A DNA stretch of 64,000 nucleotides, from the NCBI GenBank assembly GCA_965113315.1, contig OZ220369.1; one strand, written 5' to 3'. The DNA is from Podarcis vaucheri (taxonomy: Eukaryota). Of this stretch, positions 12,183-25,049 are shown one piece after another (the first letter of the stretch is position 1; every line of letters begins with the position of its first letter). Below the pieces are notes generated by a model. The model worked only from the letters and a program-made list of their open reading frames with translations, made no database searches and was not told the DNA's origin. The position numbers and the translations under genes are program-made.

Positions 12183-12271
12183 CAGGACAATATTTTCAAC
12201 TTTGGATTTGATGTGGAGTTGAGCATCCAGCAGGATGACGTCATGTGTCCCTAATAAATTAGTGATGCTTT
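12183..12271 (-). CDS. CARMIL2: CARMIL2 coding exon 2 (ESITNLLGTHDVILLDAQLHIKSKVENIVL)
   Basis: tttttcag|AA...CTG|gtatgt, 89 nt, phase 1->0; ESI...KVENxVL as in CARMIL proteins. Confidence 0.9.
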
Positions 12272-14313
12272 CTGAAAAAGAGACAAGACGGGATAAATAA
12301 ATGGCCTGCAGACATGTGGCAGACTCTTTCTTTTACAGAAGCCCCTAAAAGAGGGGAGGAGATCCTTGCCACAATCTCTAAACTGGGCTTGAGCTTTCAT
12401 AAAACTTTTCTCGAGCATAATGGGAACATGGGAAGTCTATAGAAGACTGTAATTTTTTAATTTTATTTTAAATGTGCTTGAATAAAATTAAGCCAAGTTG
12501 CCAAATTCCTGCTTAGAAACTTTGGTAATTAAGCAGTATAAAAATACGTTAAATTTTTATAATGCATAAATGTACATGGGTCAGGGTCACAAAATTTTGC
12601 ATTCTAGCAGCATGTGTCTATTCAGAAGCAGTCCCAAGTTCAATAGGGCTTACCCCCAGATAAATAAATATAGATAGATAGGATTGCAGTCTTAGATGCC
12701 AAAATAATAGCAAGGAATATGATTGTTAAGGTGAGGCTGGGCACAGAACCAGGACCAGAGGCTTTGGCAATTGGCTAAAAGTTGTGCTAAAATAAGATAG
12801 CTCACTTTCTGCCTTGGGGCGGGGGAAGTCCTCTAAAGGGCCATACTAGATATGTTATCTAAGTATTTTTTGTATTATGCTCATTTTTTTTTGGGGGGGG
12901 GGAATCAAATGGCATCACCAGGGCTAAACGGGGCTGATAATTGTTGACATTGTAGCAGGCCAACAGGGGATTTCCTTCCATTAGCAGCTACAAAGGAGTG
13001 ATTTCCCTCAGGACAGAAGCAGAGGGGGGAAAGGGTTACATTTACCTTCCATGCCTGCTGCAATCCTATCAGTGCCCATCTGTTTTCATTAAAAACAACC
13101 ACCCATACACCTTTAATGCAAAAATGCATAATATGATAAAACATTTCTTTAAAAAAAACACTACTTCCTCAGTTTTTATATTGGGCTACAACATTTGTAG
13201 TGTAGCCTTTTTAATCCATGGGTAGGAATAAGTAGAAATGTGAGGAAAGGTGACCACAGAAGCTGGAAGTCTACTTTTGTTTGACCTACTGACTATTGCG
13301 TAGTTGGCATTATCATGTCTTCATTATCAGGAGTTTCTAAACTTTCTGGAGTCACCATCAGTGTGTGTAAAATAGTAAAATCAGAGACGTACATAGGCTC
13401 CCTTGTGCCCTAGGCAAGGAGCTGTATCGGCACACACACAAATTGTCTCTTGCTACCTTGGCAATCGCCAGCTCTCTCCATCTTTCTTCACAATTTTTGT
13501 GGGGGCCAACCTAACCAACCTCTACGTACGTAGGCACCTGAGGAAAATACACTGAGTGCTGAAAAATGTAATTTTGTTTTAGCTCGTGGCAATTTTTGTT
13601 TCTAAAAGGTGAAAGATTTATATGACCTGGAGAGAAACCAGAGTATCCAATTTTTGCTTTTAAAGGCAGTGCTAACCATTGCCAGTCAAAGGGAGTTGAT
13701 ACACTGGGCCGTTAATTAAACTCTCAGGCTTGTGAAGCTTGTCAGCTACTGCTTATTAAACTGCAGCACAAGAGTTTCTGTTCAGGCAAGATTGCTCTGA
13801 GATTTCAAAGTACAGTAGCTCTTGTGGGCCTTCTTTTAGGTGTTCTAGATTCTTACTGTTTGAGCATCTATAAATGGAAGCAGTTGGAGGGAAAGTGCTA
13901 GATGACAGGCTACAAGGCCCAGCTCTTTTATAATTTTTGGTGTCCCAACTTATTTTATTTTTAAGGTGCAGCTCCAGCCCTCATGAGTGTAGAAAAATTG
14001 GTGCTAGCCAAGTACACCCAATGCATCTGAAGCTTGTCATATTTCTGAAAATTATGGGATTAAAGCACCTCTGTTTGGTTGCTCCCCCTTTCCCTCCATC
14101 ACCATAAAACATTATCAAAACTAACATCTCAGTCCCAAAGCCAGAATTAGAGTTCAAATCTCTGGCCTAGAATTTAATCTGTAAACGGGGAGACATTGAG
14201 GAAATGGAGGCAGGTTTTCCACAAAAGCACCCCACTATCAAAAATGACATCCAGAACCAAGGTGACCATAAAGATCTATTGGCCTTTCCTTGCATGACAA
14301 ACCTTTTACGTAC

Positions 14314-14353
14314 CATGCAGTTCTGCAGGAATCTCCTTGAAAGACGCAGCCAT
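14314..14353 (-). CDS. CARMIL2: CARMIL2 coding exon 1 (MAASFKEIPAELH)
   Basis: Strong Kozak aagATGG; 40 coding nt then G|gtacgt; phase matches exon 2; position downstream of CTCF matches CARMIL2 synteny. Confidence 0.85.
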
Positions 14354-14399
14354 CTTCTGGATCCTGCATCGAGTAGAAGCCTGGCCTTCTGCAAAAGCA

Positions 14400-14520
14400 T
14401 CAGAATGAACACTTGTTTCCGTCAAGTTTAAGCAGGTTACTAACAAGGCGGCAGCTGCCGTGCTTCCTACCTCCTCCTCTTCACCTCAGGGTGCCTCTTC
14501 CTGTCTCCCACCCACCTCAA
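14400..14520 (-). promoter_or_regulatory. Putative CARMIL2 proximal promoter (non-CpG-island, ETS-rich)
   Basis: Several GGAA cores on the minus strand (ACGGAAAC, AGGAAGC, ACAGGAAG) immediately upstream of exon 1. Confidence 0.4.
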
Positions 14521-14697
14521 AACATACTGAATAAGAAAACAGGCAGTAGGCAACAGGCAGCAGGCAAAAGTAAAAAAAGCAAATTAGTTGAGCACAGCAC
14601 TGAGTACCAGGGTGAGCTCTTGCTTATTCTATAATGTATCCAAGGAGCAAACAGCATTGTGTGAAACTGGCCCAGCTGAAGAAAAGTCCTGCAGAAC

Positions 14698-14747
14698 TTG
14701 GGCAATAAGCACTAAAGATTATTTGGGCAATAAGCACTAAAGATTAT
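14698..14747. repeat. Perfect 25-bp tandem duplication
   Basis: TTGGGCAATAAGCACTAAAGATTAT x2. Confidence 0.95.
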
Positions 14748-15264
14748 TCTCTAGTTTTAACAGCCTGAGGGCAAACTGAAGGCTGCCACTATTTACTGTT
14801 GGACCAGCAAAAACAGTGAGCCAACAAACTGATTAGACAAATTTATTATATGTAAGTGCTTCTATATCACAAAAGGGAAAGCAGCAGCCCTCCAGTTGTT
14901 GTTCGATTTACTATCTTACTATTCCTAGCTGCTGGCCTTAGTTGTTGAGAATTCAATAATATATAGAGGGCAACAGGTTTCCAATCCCTGATCAATAGTA
15001 GTGACTAACTGAACCTGCAACAAAATGTGTTATCAACTTCTAACTGTAGTACTCTTCGTGTTCAAAAAATGCAGTGAACCACATGCTTCTTGAGGATGTT
15101 TTACATTAGAAGGAATTCAGGCAGGGCATTCCTCTCCTGGGCCCTCATTTTTCCTTTCCAACACTAAATGTTGTTTCTACTAAGCATGCTCAACCCGTTG
15201 GGCTAGTTTTTAGTCCCCTGGTTACTGTTATTTTAAATCAGCGTATTTCTAGCTTCCTCTAAGC

Positions 15265-15501
15265 CAGGGGTCAGCAACCTTCTTCAGCCGTCCCTTAGAC
15301 CATGTGGTGGGCTGGACTCTATTTTGAAGGGGGGAAAATGAACGAATTCCTATGCCCCACAAATAACCCATAGATGCATTTTAAATAAAAGGGCACATTC
15401 TACTCATGTAAAAACACGCCGATTCCCAGGCCATCTGCGGGCCAGGTTGAGAAAGCGATTGGGCTGCATCCGGCCCCCGGGCCTTAGGTTGCCTACCCCT
15501 G
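15265..15501. mobile_element. Non-autonomous hAT transposon (MITE)
   Basis: TIR CAGGGGTCAGCAACCT / AGGTTGCCTACCCCTG; perfect 8-bp TSD CTCTAAGC (15257-15264 / 15502-15509). Confidence 0.9.
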
Positions 15502-15949
15502 CTCTAAGCAGTTGATAATCCCGCTTCTCCATGGCCTCATACCTGTTGGCACTCACCCAAGTTCACTAATAGAAGTAATGATGGCTAAATGGAGCCCTCC
15601 TGGTTGAATGGCCTTTGAATACTGAATACCTGGGAATCAAAACTGCAAGAGCCCTTCATATCCTTATGAACTTCCCAGTAGCATGTTTTATTTCTAAATT
15701 TAAAATATTTCTATTCCAACTTCTATTATACAGTCCAAGGCAGCTAACTCAGGGGCTATAAAATAGAATAAAACCAACAAACAATGGTTGTCTATTATGG
15801 GAAATGGGATATTAGGCTAATATGCTCCAGCAAAATTTTATGTTCCTAAACTGAACACAAGACTACGCCATCCATTTTTGAAGTTCCTAGGAAGCTAAAA
15901 CAGGTTTATCAAGCCCTACATCATAGTGTGAGCGTGTGTGCCACAAGTT

Positions 15950-16269
15950 AAAGGTAAAGGGACCCCTGACCATTAGGTCGTCGTGGCCGATTCTGAGGTT
16001 GCGCTGCTCATCTCGCTTTATTGGCCAAGGGAGCTGGTGTACAAGCCGCTTCTGGCGAACCAGAGCAGCGCACGGAAACGTCGTTTACCTTCCTACCGGA
16101 GTGGTACCTATTTATCTACTCGCACTTTGATGTCCTTTCGAACTGCTAGGTTGGCAGGAGCAGGGATCGAGCAACGGGAGCTCACCCCGTCACAGGGATT
16201 CAAACCGCCGACCTTCTGATCGGCAAGTCCTAGGCTCTGTGGTTTAACCCACAACGCCACCCGCATCCC
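15950..16269 (-). mobile_element. Sauria SINE
   Basis: aaaggtaaagg tail on the left and reverse head ...cgccacccgcatccc on the right; homologous to 6502-6865. Confidence 0.9.
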
Positions 16270-17248
16270 ATTTGTGTACCCTTGTGCAAGAGAAAAATGT
16301 TACATGTACCCACTACGAGATAAGACTGGCTGTCCACAGCACATCTTTCTTTGCCATGTTAATAGCTATTCATGAAAAGCACTACCTAGAACCTCAGCCC
16401 TTGATAAGCCGATTTTCTATGTGCTGGAGCCTACACATTTTTAGAACAGATGTATTAAAAATGCACTTATCTTAATTGGTACAATCCAGAAAGTGCTGTT
16501 AGTAGTATAGCTCAGCTCTGATATTGGCCGTCACCATATTGTCCACAAACATTTCTGAGAATGCATGAGAAGCACTTCAGCAACTGGGAAAAGCACTCTG
16601 GAAACACCAAAGTCCAGTATAACAGCTATGCTGTTTATTACTTCTGCTTCAGCTATATCCTGCCATTCCATAAAGCTTTTTCACTACTTCCCCACCCCTT
16701 TGTTCTTTGGCAGTGCACAGCCTCCTCCAATCCCCATTGCGGAAAGCAATATTCCTCCTGCCATAGCAAACTGGGAGCCAGTGTGCCATCCCCCTGCCCC
16801 TTGAGGAGAGAGTCAGCAGGCCAAGTTTGGTTGAAAATAGGTCTTACATTTGATATTGTTAGGTCGACTATGCTTCAAAGAAAATGGAAGAGAAGAACTC
16901 AGAATCTTGTGCATGGATTCCAATTTGCAAGTACATTTTAAGCATCTTTTGTAGAAGTGATGTGCATGGCCCATTAATACAATGCATGAAAAAGCCAAAG
17001 GTGCCATTAACTGTGTGCTGTGTGATTAAAATGCATATGTAGTAAATAATAGTTATGATATATGGGAAAGCCCATTCTTCTTTAATGGGAAAATCTCCCC
17101 ACTGAATGCAAACAGCTCAAAAAGGCAACATGTATTCACTTCCCCCTTCACTTAAAAGTGATTATAAACTTGTCTCCATCCTATTTTTCACACAACTTCT
17201 TGAGGCTCCAAGGAGGCAGAAAGCATGCACACAGGTTCATCATTATTA

Positions 17249-17254
17249 TTTATT
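17249..17254 (-). terminator. CTCF polyadenylation signal AATAAA
   Basis: First AATAAA I found downstream of the CTCF stop, at the end of a conserved-looking U-rich 3'UTR tail. Confidence 0.7.
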
Positions 17255-17889
17255 AGCTGTACAGCAGTATATTCTCCTTCCCAGAGTCCAAACCCCATTA
17301 TGTATTTTTATAACATTTTATCTCATGTTGGTTTCCTAAAATAATGAAAAATATCACACAGTACAGCTAAGTACAAAAATGCATCAACCTAGAATCAGAT
17401 AGCTAACCTGATAGCTCTCTTAAAAGCGATACATAGAAGAAAATTCTTTTTGAAATCAGCAAGACTGAGGCTCTATAAAAAGCTTACGTAGTTTTAACAT
17501 GTGATGGTTCATATACAGGCATCATTTTGTATTTTCACATTATTCTTCTTTTTAATTAAAAACCCCAAATCTTTTAATTAATGACCTAGTATGATTTCTT
17601 GCCCTAGGTTTCATGGGCTGGGAAGCCCTATACAAATTAACACCTTGGCTTTCAACACAGAATTCATAAACACAAAAAGTGAGCAAAGAAAATTGAGTTG
17701 TGAAAACCTGAAACTCAAAAGGGAGTTTAAGTGACACGTTTCAAGACCAAGTCTATATATTTAGAAATGGAAATGGGGTGTGTAGTTCTATCATTACACT
17801 TGGCTAGCACTCTTCCACTAATTTGATAGGTTCCAATATTTAATTCAGGACCAATTCCTGCATAATTCATTTTTGTAAGAGTTTTAAAA

Positions 17890-18020
17890 CAGGGGTGGAG
17901 AACTTGCAGTCCTCCAAATGCTGTCTGACTCCAACTCCCATCAGTGCCAGAGACAATGGTCAGCGATGAGGGGAACCGTAATCGAGCAACATCTAGAGGG
18001 CACCATGTTAGCTACCACTG
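17890..18020. mobile_element. Short hAT-derived MITE inside the CTCF 3'UTR
   Basis: CAGGGGTGG...CTACCACTG termini; near-perfect 8-bp TSD TTTTAAAA / GTTTAAAA; 'caactcccatcag' core. Confidence 0.75.
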
Positions 18021-18751
18021 GTTTAAAATAACAGGGTTCTCTTCTTTAAACTGCATCCCCCCACAGACCTCTTAATTAAATGGAAAAAAAGATTAAAATG
18101 TAAAAAAAAGTTATTTACAAGCTTGATCATTACAGAGATGCCCTGCAGAAAGCAAAGCATCTGGGAGGAAAGACACCAGCTGGAGCATGCCAAACCTACA
18201 TTGCTGACGCAGAGCCAGTCAGTGGAAGGGTGGAGTTGGTGGGTGGGTGAGGGGGGAAAGCAAAAACTAAAATGCAATAAAAGTTTTACAACCCTCCTGA
18301 GTTCTGCATTTACATTTAAAAACCTCTATAGAGCAAAATGAGGCCAGAGGGCTTCAAGGAACGCGAAAGCAGATCCAGAGCAGTTAGTGTGGGCTCGAGT
18401 CCGGGCTTCCATCTTTTCCACGTTACGTGCAAAGGCTGTCCGTGGCCTGTCACTACAATGCAGTCCAGAGTTAACTGGATCCAGCGACCTGCAGGAGACC
18501 CCTGGGGACTCAAAAATATCCCCACGTTCCATGATCCGGTTATAGGCTAACATTAAACAGAGAGAGTTCTAGGCAAATCACTTTCTAACATCATTTGAAG
18601 TTTTGTTTCCCGAGTTGTTTGGTAAAATGGTCTAAAAATGATGCATTTCCCAAAGCCAAAAATAAGGTAAAAAGGAAAATAAAAATAAAAGGGATCGAGC
18701 CGCTTCAAAAGAGCCCAGGCCAGTTCAGTCAAGAGCATAACTCTTCCTCCA

Positions 18752-18933
18752 TCACCGGTCCATCATGCTAAGAATCATCTCTGGGGTGAGGTCTCCATTG
18801 GGTGCTTCCACCGCAGCTGGCTGAGCTCCTGCTGTAGCTGCTACAGTCTCTGCTTCAGGCTCCTTCTTGACTTCCACTATAATGTTTTCAATTGCACCAG
18901 TGTTCTGGTCTTCCACCTGAATGATTGCTGTTG
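18752..18933 (-). CDS. CTCF: CTCF last coding exon ([10 protein letters not shown]...ILSMMDR*)
   Basis: gatag|CA; canonical CTCF C-terminus [15 protein letters not shown] then TGA. Confidence 0.97.
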
Positions 18934-19399
18934 CTATCAAATAAGAACGGGGTAAAAGTCAGACTCTCTCTGGGGATACCACTTCACAGTATCTCAACAC
19001 AATAACCATAGCTAAGGCTGTGTATATGCTGCGATTCTCTGGCAGTGCAGTGTGTGGCGGAGAATTGTACAAACTCATAGCTGGACAACAGTGACTAGCT
19101 AAGGCCTATCTAATTTTAACAATTCCAAGAGTGATGGCAAAATTGGTCTCTGACCAATGTGGCTTCAAATTGGTATGTTTTTGATGGCTGCAGGGAGAGG
19201 GAAAATGTGTGTCAGGCTGAGCATGAATATACAGCTGAGTCCTGCCCATGGAATGCCATCACAGGAAATGTACTCTGACATGTATTACTCACACATCTTT
19301 AAGTTGCATTTGGAGAGAAAGAATAATTTTTTTTAGGCTGACTGCCTAAGGTTATAAAAATTCACAGTCATCATAGAAAGCTGACTTTTATCAAATCAG

Positions 19400-19580
19400 G
19401 CCATTGGTCCTTCTGACCCAGTCAGATGGGGCAAGGTATTCAATTATTATTATTACACTTACTGGCAGGGGCTGTCTAGGGTTTTGGAGCGGGGATTCAT
19501 TCCCCAGCCCTACTTGGAGATGTCAGCAACTGAACTGGGATCATCTGCATGCAAGGAATGTGCTGTTCACTGAGTTACGG
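19400..19580 (-). mobile_element. Squam3-like SINE
   Basis: Reverse tRNA-like head (...gcatgcaaggaatgtgctgttcactgagttac) and shared body. Confidence 0.5.
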
Positions 19581-20079
19581 TGTTTTTTCCTGTGGCTGCA
19601 CAAGCTTCTGAGAAGAGGTTTTCATTACCTCCTGAGATGGAATGTACGGCATCTTGGTTTCATAAATGTTTCTGTTCCAACCCCCGATTTCTGAAATTTC
19701 TAGAAATCTGAACAAGAGTTCAGCCATTAACAATACCAAGATGCTCATAAATATCCAATTCAGGGAGACTGACCAATTAGATTTGGTCATGCAAGTTCAA
19801 TCTTAGTTGAGCAGAGTGTTAAGAACTAGCCATCCTGACCCTACATGTGCAAATGCTTCACCAAGAATCTAGTATTTTGTGCGAATTCCCAAGACATTTG
19901 TGTACTCTGCCCCTCACAAGTTTCTAGACCTGAAAATATGTTAAGTGATGATATCCGATTTCCCACTGATTGCCAGTCATATTTGTCTCTATTATAATGC
20001 ACCTTGCAAAAGCTTGCAACCCCGCACCCCCCAAAAAACCTATGCACAATCTTCCTTTTTTCCATGGCCCTGGACTTAC

Positions 20080-20244
20080 GCTGGGGCTGTTTTGGTTGAT
20101 TGGCTTTGCCTGGCGGCCTTCCTCTTCGCTTCTTAGCCGGTGGTGGTGCTGGAACCACAGGTTCCACTTCCGGTTCAGCCTCTATTTCAACCGCCGTCTC
20201 CTCTTCTTCTTCATTATCATCCAATTCTGGCTCTGCATTTTCCT
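20080..20244 (-). CDS. CTCF: CTCF coding exon 9 (acidic region, AT-hook-like KRRGRP)
   Basis: aag|AG GAA AAT...CAG C|gtaagt, 165 nt, phase 1-1. Confidence 0.93.
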
Positions 20245-20831
20245 CTTCAATATTGAAAAAAAGGAAATTAAATCAGGGCATCTAACAATGAAAACAACAA
20301 AATGGGAACAGCTAATATGCTCCCCATAGGCAGTATTGCCATTTCAGGTTTTAATCAGGAATGAATGAAATGTAGAACTTTGAAGATGTCAGTACACCTC
20401 TCCACAAAGAAATGGGAGGGGAGGATTTTTGACTGTACATGTGTGCTGGGGGTGGGGTGGAAGCAATAAATTTCTTTTTATTAGCTATTCAGAATGCTCT
20501 TCAGTGGAATGAAGAAGCAGAATTTTGTTTTGTTTAATGGCTTCCCTATTAACTTTATCCTGACCTCCCCTTAAAATCTAAAATCTGCTTCAAAAGATTC
20601 CTGGTGCCTTTTGTCCATGTGTCTTCTCACTTCCACTCACTGAGCTGTCCTGTGACCACTATGAGCAAGTGTACAGATGCGTACACACTTAGCATCTGGT
20701 TTGAGTCTTCTGTATATTTATCTTGCAAAGAAGTGCCTTCCCCACTGAACTGCATATTAGAAATGACTCCCCTGCTTTGCACTTGGAGGCACCTTCCAGC
20801 ATCCCCCACCCTGACTTGGAACAGAACGGCA

Positions 20832-20890
20832 TTGCAAGGGGTTGGACTAGATGACACTTGGGTCCCTTCCAACTCTACAATTCTATGATC
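20832..20890 (+). mobile_element. CR1 LINE 3' terminus
   Basis: ggggttggactagatgac...ccttccaactctacaattctatga. Confidence 0.75.
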
Positions 20891-21288
20891 CTATATAGGC
20901 TGTACGTAAAACAGGTGATGAGCCAGCCCAAAGGGAGGGAAAAATATCACCTCTACTGCCCTTTCTTGGCAGCTTAACACTAACACACTCATTCACACCC
21001 AAGATTTAGACCTGTTGTGGTGTGCCAGGTGGTAGGCAAAACAAATTTGGAAGCCAAAAGCTTGGATGTTGCCATTATTAATTACATGTTGATACCGCCC
21101 TATACTCTATAGCTGCAAGAAAAATTGCAGCTAGTAGTGCTTAAGTGACCATTGGCAAGTTATTTGTTATGAGCGACATGCAAGGCTTGGAAACTATAGA
21201 GCTGCATGAGAATATAATGCAGAGACTTGAGCATATAAGCAAGGCGAGGATGTCACAGCTGATTCAGAGATAAGCTTACAGTTCTTAC

Positions 21289-21424
21289 CACTATCAGAGG
21301 AGTCCTCTTTCTTAGAGCGCATCTTTCTCTTTCGCCCACGTTTCCCCTTCTTGGGCTCCCCTCCATTTTCTCCTTCGACTCCATCAGGGCCTGTGCAGTT
21401 ATCTGCGTGTCTGGCCATGGTGTT
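21289..21424 (-). CDS. CTCF: CTCF coding exon 8 (end of ZF11, [18 protein letters not shown])
   Basis: aatcag|AAC...AGTG|gtaag, 136 nt. Confidence 0.97.
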
Positions 21425-21935
21425 CTGATTAGAAAAAGCCAGGTGAATGTTAAGACGTTGGCTGTATCGAATTAGAGCACTTGAATCCAAGCATGACACA
21501 CACACACCCCGATTTATCCCCCAAACGAAAAAAAAATGATCTTATTTGCCAAAACTGGGGCTGAGCCCCAACATCAGAGGTAAGCTGCGATGATGAGCCA
21601 AATTTTAATTGGTACACTTTACTTCTCCCAATAATCCCACCCAAAGAGAACATACAGACCAGCAATCGTATGCTTGACATAACTCCAAAGAGAGAACAGG
21701 AATCAGCAAGTGTATTTCGGTTTTGCAGCCCCTCCCATTACAAGTTACCATTTTGAAAAGGATACAAAACAAGCAAAATGCCGTATGGGAATGGCTTTTT
21801 CTGTTTGACCTCACCAAGGCAGTTAGCAATATAGCACATCAAGGAAGCTGGAAGATCTATTAGTGCTCAACTTATTCTCTCAGGCACCAGTCTTACGCCC
21901 TGCTTCATGCGGCAACCTTGCCCCCAATCACTTAC

Positions 21936-22118
21936 ACGGCGTGTGAATGTTTTGCCACACTTGGAGCAAACGAAGGCAGCTGGAACAAAGTTTGGATCGT
22001 GGTAGCGTTTGAAGTGCATGTCAAGCAGCTGCTTCTGGCGGAAGGTCTTATCGCAATGGCTACAGGCGTAAGGCTTTTCTCCAGTGTGGGTTCGCTTGTG
22101 CATAATCATGTGCCGTTC
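21936..22118 (-). CDS. CTCF: CTCF coding exon 7 (ZF9-11)
   Basis: ttctag|GAA...CGT|gtaag, 183 nt; [22 protein letters not shown]... Confidence 0.98.
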
Positions 22119-22164
22119 CTAGAAGGAACCAAGAACCAAGTCAGCAGGGGTGGGGGATAACTCT

Positions 22165-22290
22165 AGGGCAGGAGTAGGCAACCTGGTGCCCTCCAAATGT
22201 TCTTGGACCACAACTCTGATCAGCTGCAAACATGCTGATGCGAGTTGTAATTCAACATCTGGTGGGCACTGTGTCAGTCTACATTATCCC
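22165..22290. mobile_element. Short hAT-derived MITE
   Basis: ggagtaggcaacctggtgccctccaaatgtt...acatctggtgggcac. Confidence 0.6.
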
Positions 22291-22370
22291 ACTTTATTAT
22301 TTTGCATCCTCCCCCACCTGATCTGTGTGCCTCAACCGACCAGGGTGAGAACCACATTCTTAAACATTTA

Positions 22371-22634
<264 letters not shown>

Positions 22635-22637
22635 TTA

Positions 22638-22966
22638 CAGTGGTGCCTCGCAAGACGAAATTAATTCGTTCTGCGAGTTTTTTCGTCTAGCGAATTTTTC
22701 GTCTTGCGAAGCATGGTGTCAGAAAAGTTTTGGAAAAGCTTCAAAAATCACCAAAGTCTTCAAAAACCTCAAAAAAGGCTACCACACCGCGTTCTATGAG
22801 TTGCTCCTCGAAGTCAAGTCGCAACGGTTTTAAGAAAAAGGAAACAAACTTGCAAGACGTTTTCGTCTTGCGAAGCAAGCCCATAGGGAAATTTGTCTTG
22901 CGAAGCAGCTAAAAAACCGCAAAACCCTTTCGTCTAGCGAGTTTTTCGTCTTGCGGGGCACCACTG
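22638..22966. mobile_element. Tc1/mariner-type MITE
   Basis: TA|cagtggtgcctcgcaagacgaaa ... tttcgtcttgcggggcaccactg|TA. Confidence 0.9.
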
Positions 22967-23496
22967 TATATTAATGTTCAGCTGAATGGGCAAATTCCTG
23001 CCCTAAGATAAATATTTTAGCCCACATTGTCTAAGACTCCATGTCCTCTGTATTTGTTTTTCTGACTAGCATTGCTACTTTGTTTGAGCCTTCAAGGTAC
23101 GGTGGGATTAAAAATATAAATCTGTTATTGTACACATGGAATTTTAGAGTTCTGGAATCTGATATTTGCTAGGCTTATTATAGTCTTAAGCTCCCACTTT
23201 AGCAAGTAGTTATGTGGCCCTCAGAACCAAATAGAAAGAAAATCAGGCCCACAAAGACAATCAAGTAACTGCATTTATACACTGTATTACTTCTGAGGAG
23301 CAAAAAACAGCTTATATGTGATTTTCAGGCAATCTCTCAACAAGGCAACTTTTGCAGGGCCAGACCTGCATAGCTTTAGCAGCCTTCAGCCTGTTCTCTA
23401 GACTATCAAACTAATATTAGTTGACCAACCAACTAGCCTTTCCTCTGAGAAGTATGATCACCACCTCTTTTACTAGAATCTGGTACCTCAACCTCA

Positions 23497-23697
<201 letters not shown>

Positions 23698-24075
23698 TCA
23701 TTTGCGGGCAGTAAGCTATCAAAGGACCTGAGGGGTGGGCTTGGAGAGACAGCATCCCCTCAATCAAAGTCAAATTACGGGGCAAAGAATGCAAAGAAGA
23801 GAGATCTCTCAAATGTTGCATAGCAGATACAATGATATGTGGTTGAGTGCCAATATCTCCTTCTCTCCCAATTACAAAATATCCATCGCTCTTTGAAGCT
23901 GCTGTCAGGGAACTTCAAGTTTAGTGTTCAGTTAGAGGTTATTACACTTCCCTAACAGTTTGCAAAAAAGCAAGTACTGTACAAATTTTAAAAAAAGTCT
24001 GTAAGGAATCTCACTTCTTGAAATGCTGATCCAAGCACTGACAATGGTCATAGCAGCCTTTAAGAAAAGCCACTA

Positions 24076-24399
<324 letters not shown>

Positions 24400-24701
24400 T
24401 CACTGTCTTTTCACAAAAGAATCAGTGCTATTTTTACCTTTTGCATTTCTTGAATTGTAAGATGAGACATACAGAAAACAGAATGGCTATGGGGCTAAAA
24501 GCTTTATGGGAGCCAAACAGTTGCTTATGGCCTGCCAATGTCATTTTTGATATTTCCACTCTGGGCAACAGACCTCCCCTACAAAACCAGAAACTGCATT
24601 TTTTTTGGGGGGGGGGTTAGTTCCGGGGGCACCTGGCTATACATGTTTTTGCATTTACATGTGGACACCCATAACAGAACCCTTGCATAAGATGCAAGTT
24701 A

Positions 24702-25049
<348 letters not shown>

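Larger units (their letters stand above)
17230..18751 (-). other. CTCF: CTCF 3'UTR (about 1.5 kb)
   Basis: Between the stop codon (18752) and the poly(A) signal; cleavage site approximate. Confidence 0.7.

Noticed and set aside
18023-18738. Several short ORFs in the CTCF 3'UTR
   Set aside because: 60-84 aa on both strands with no coding signature; consistent with chance.
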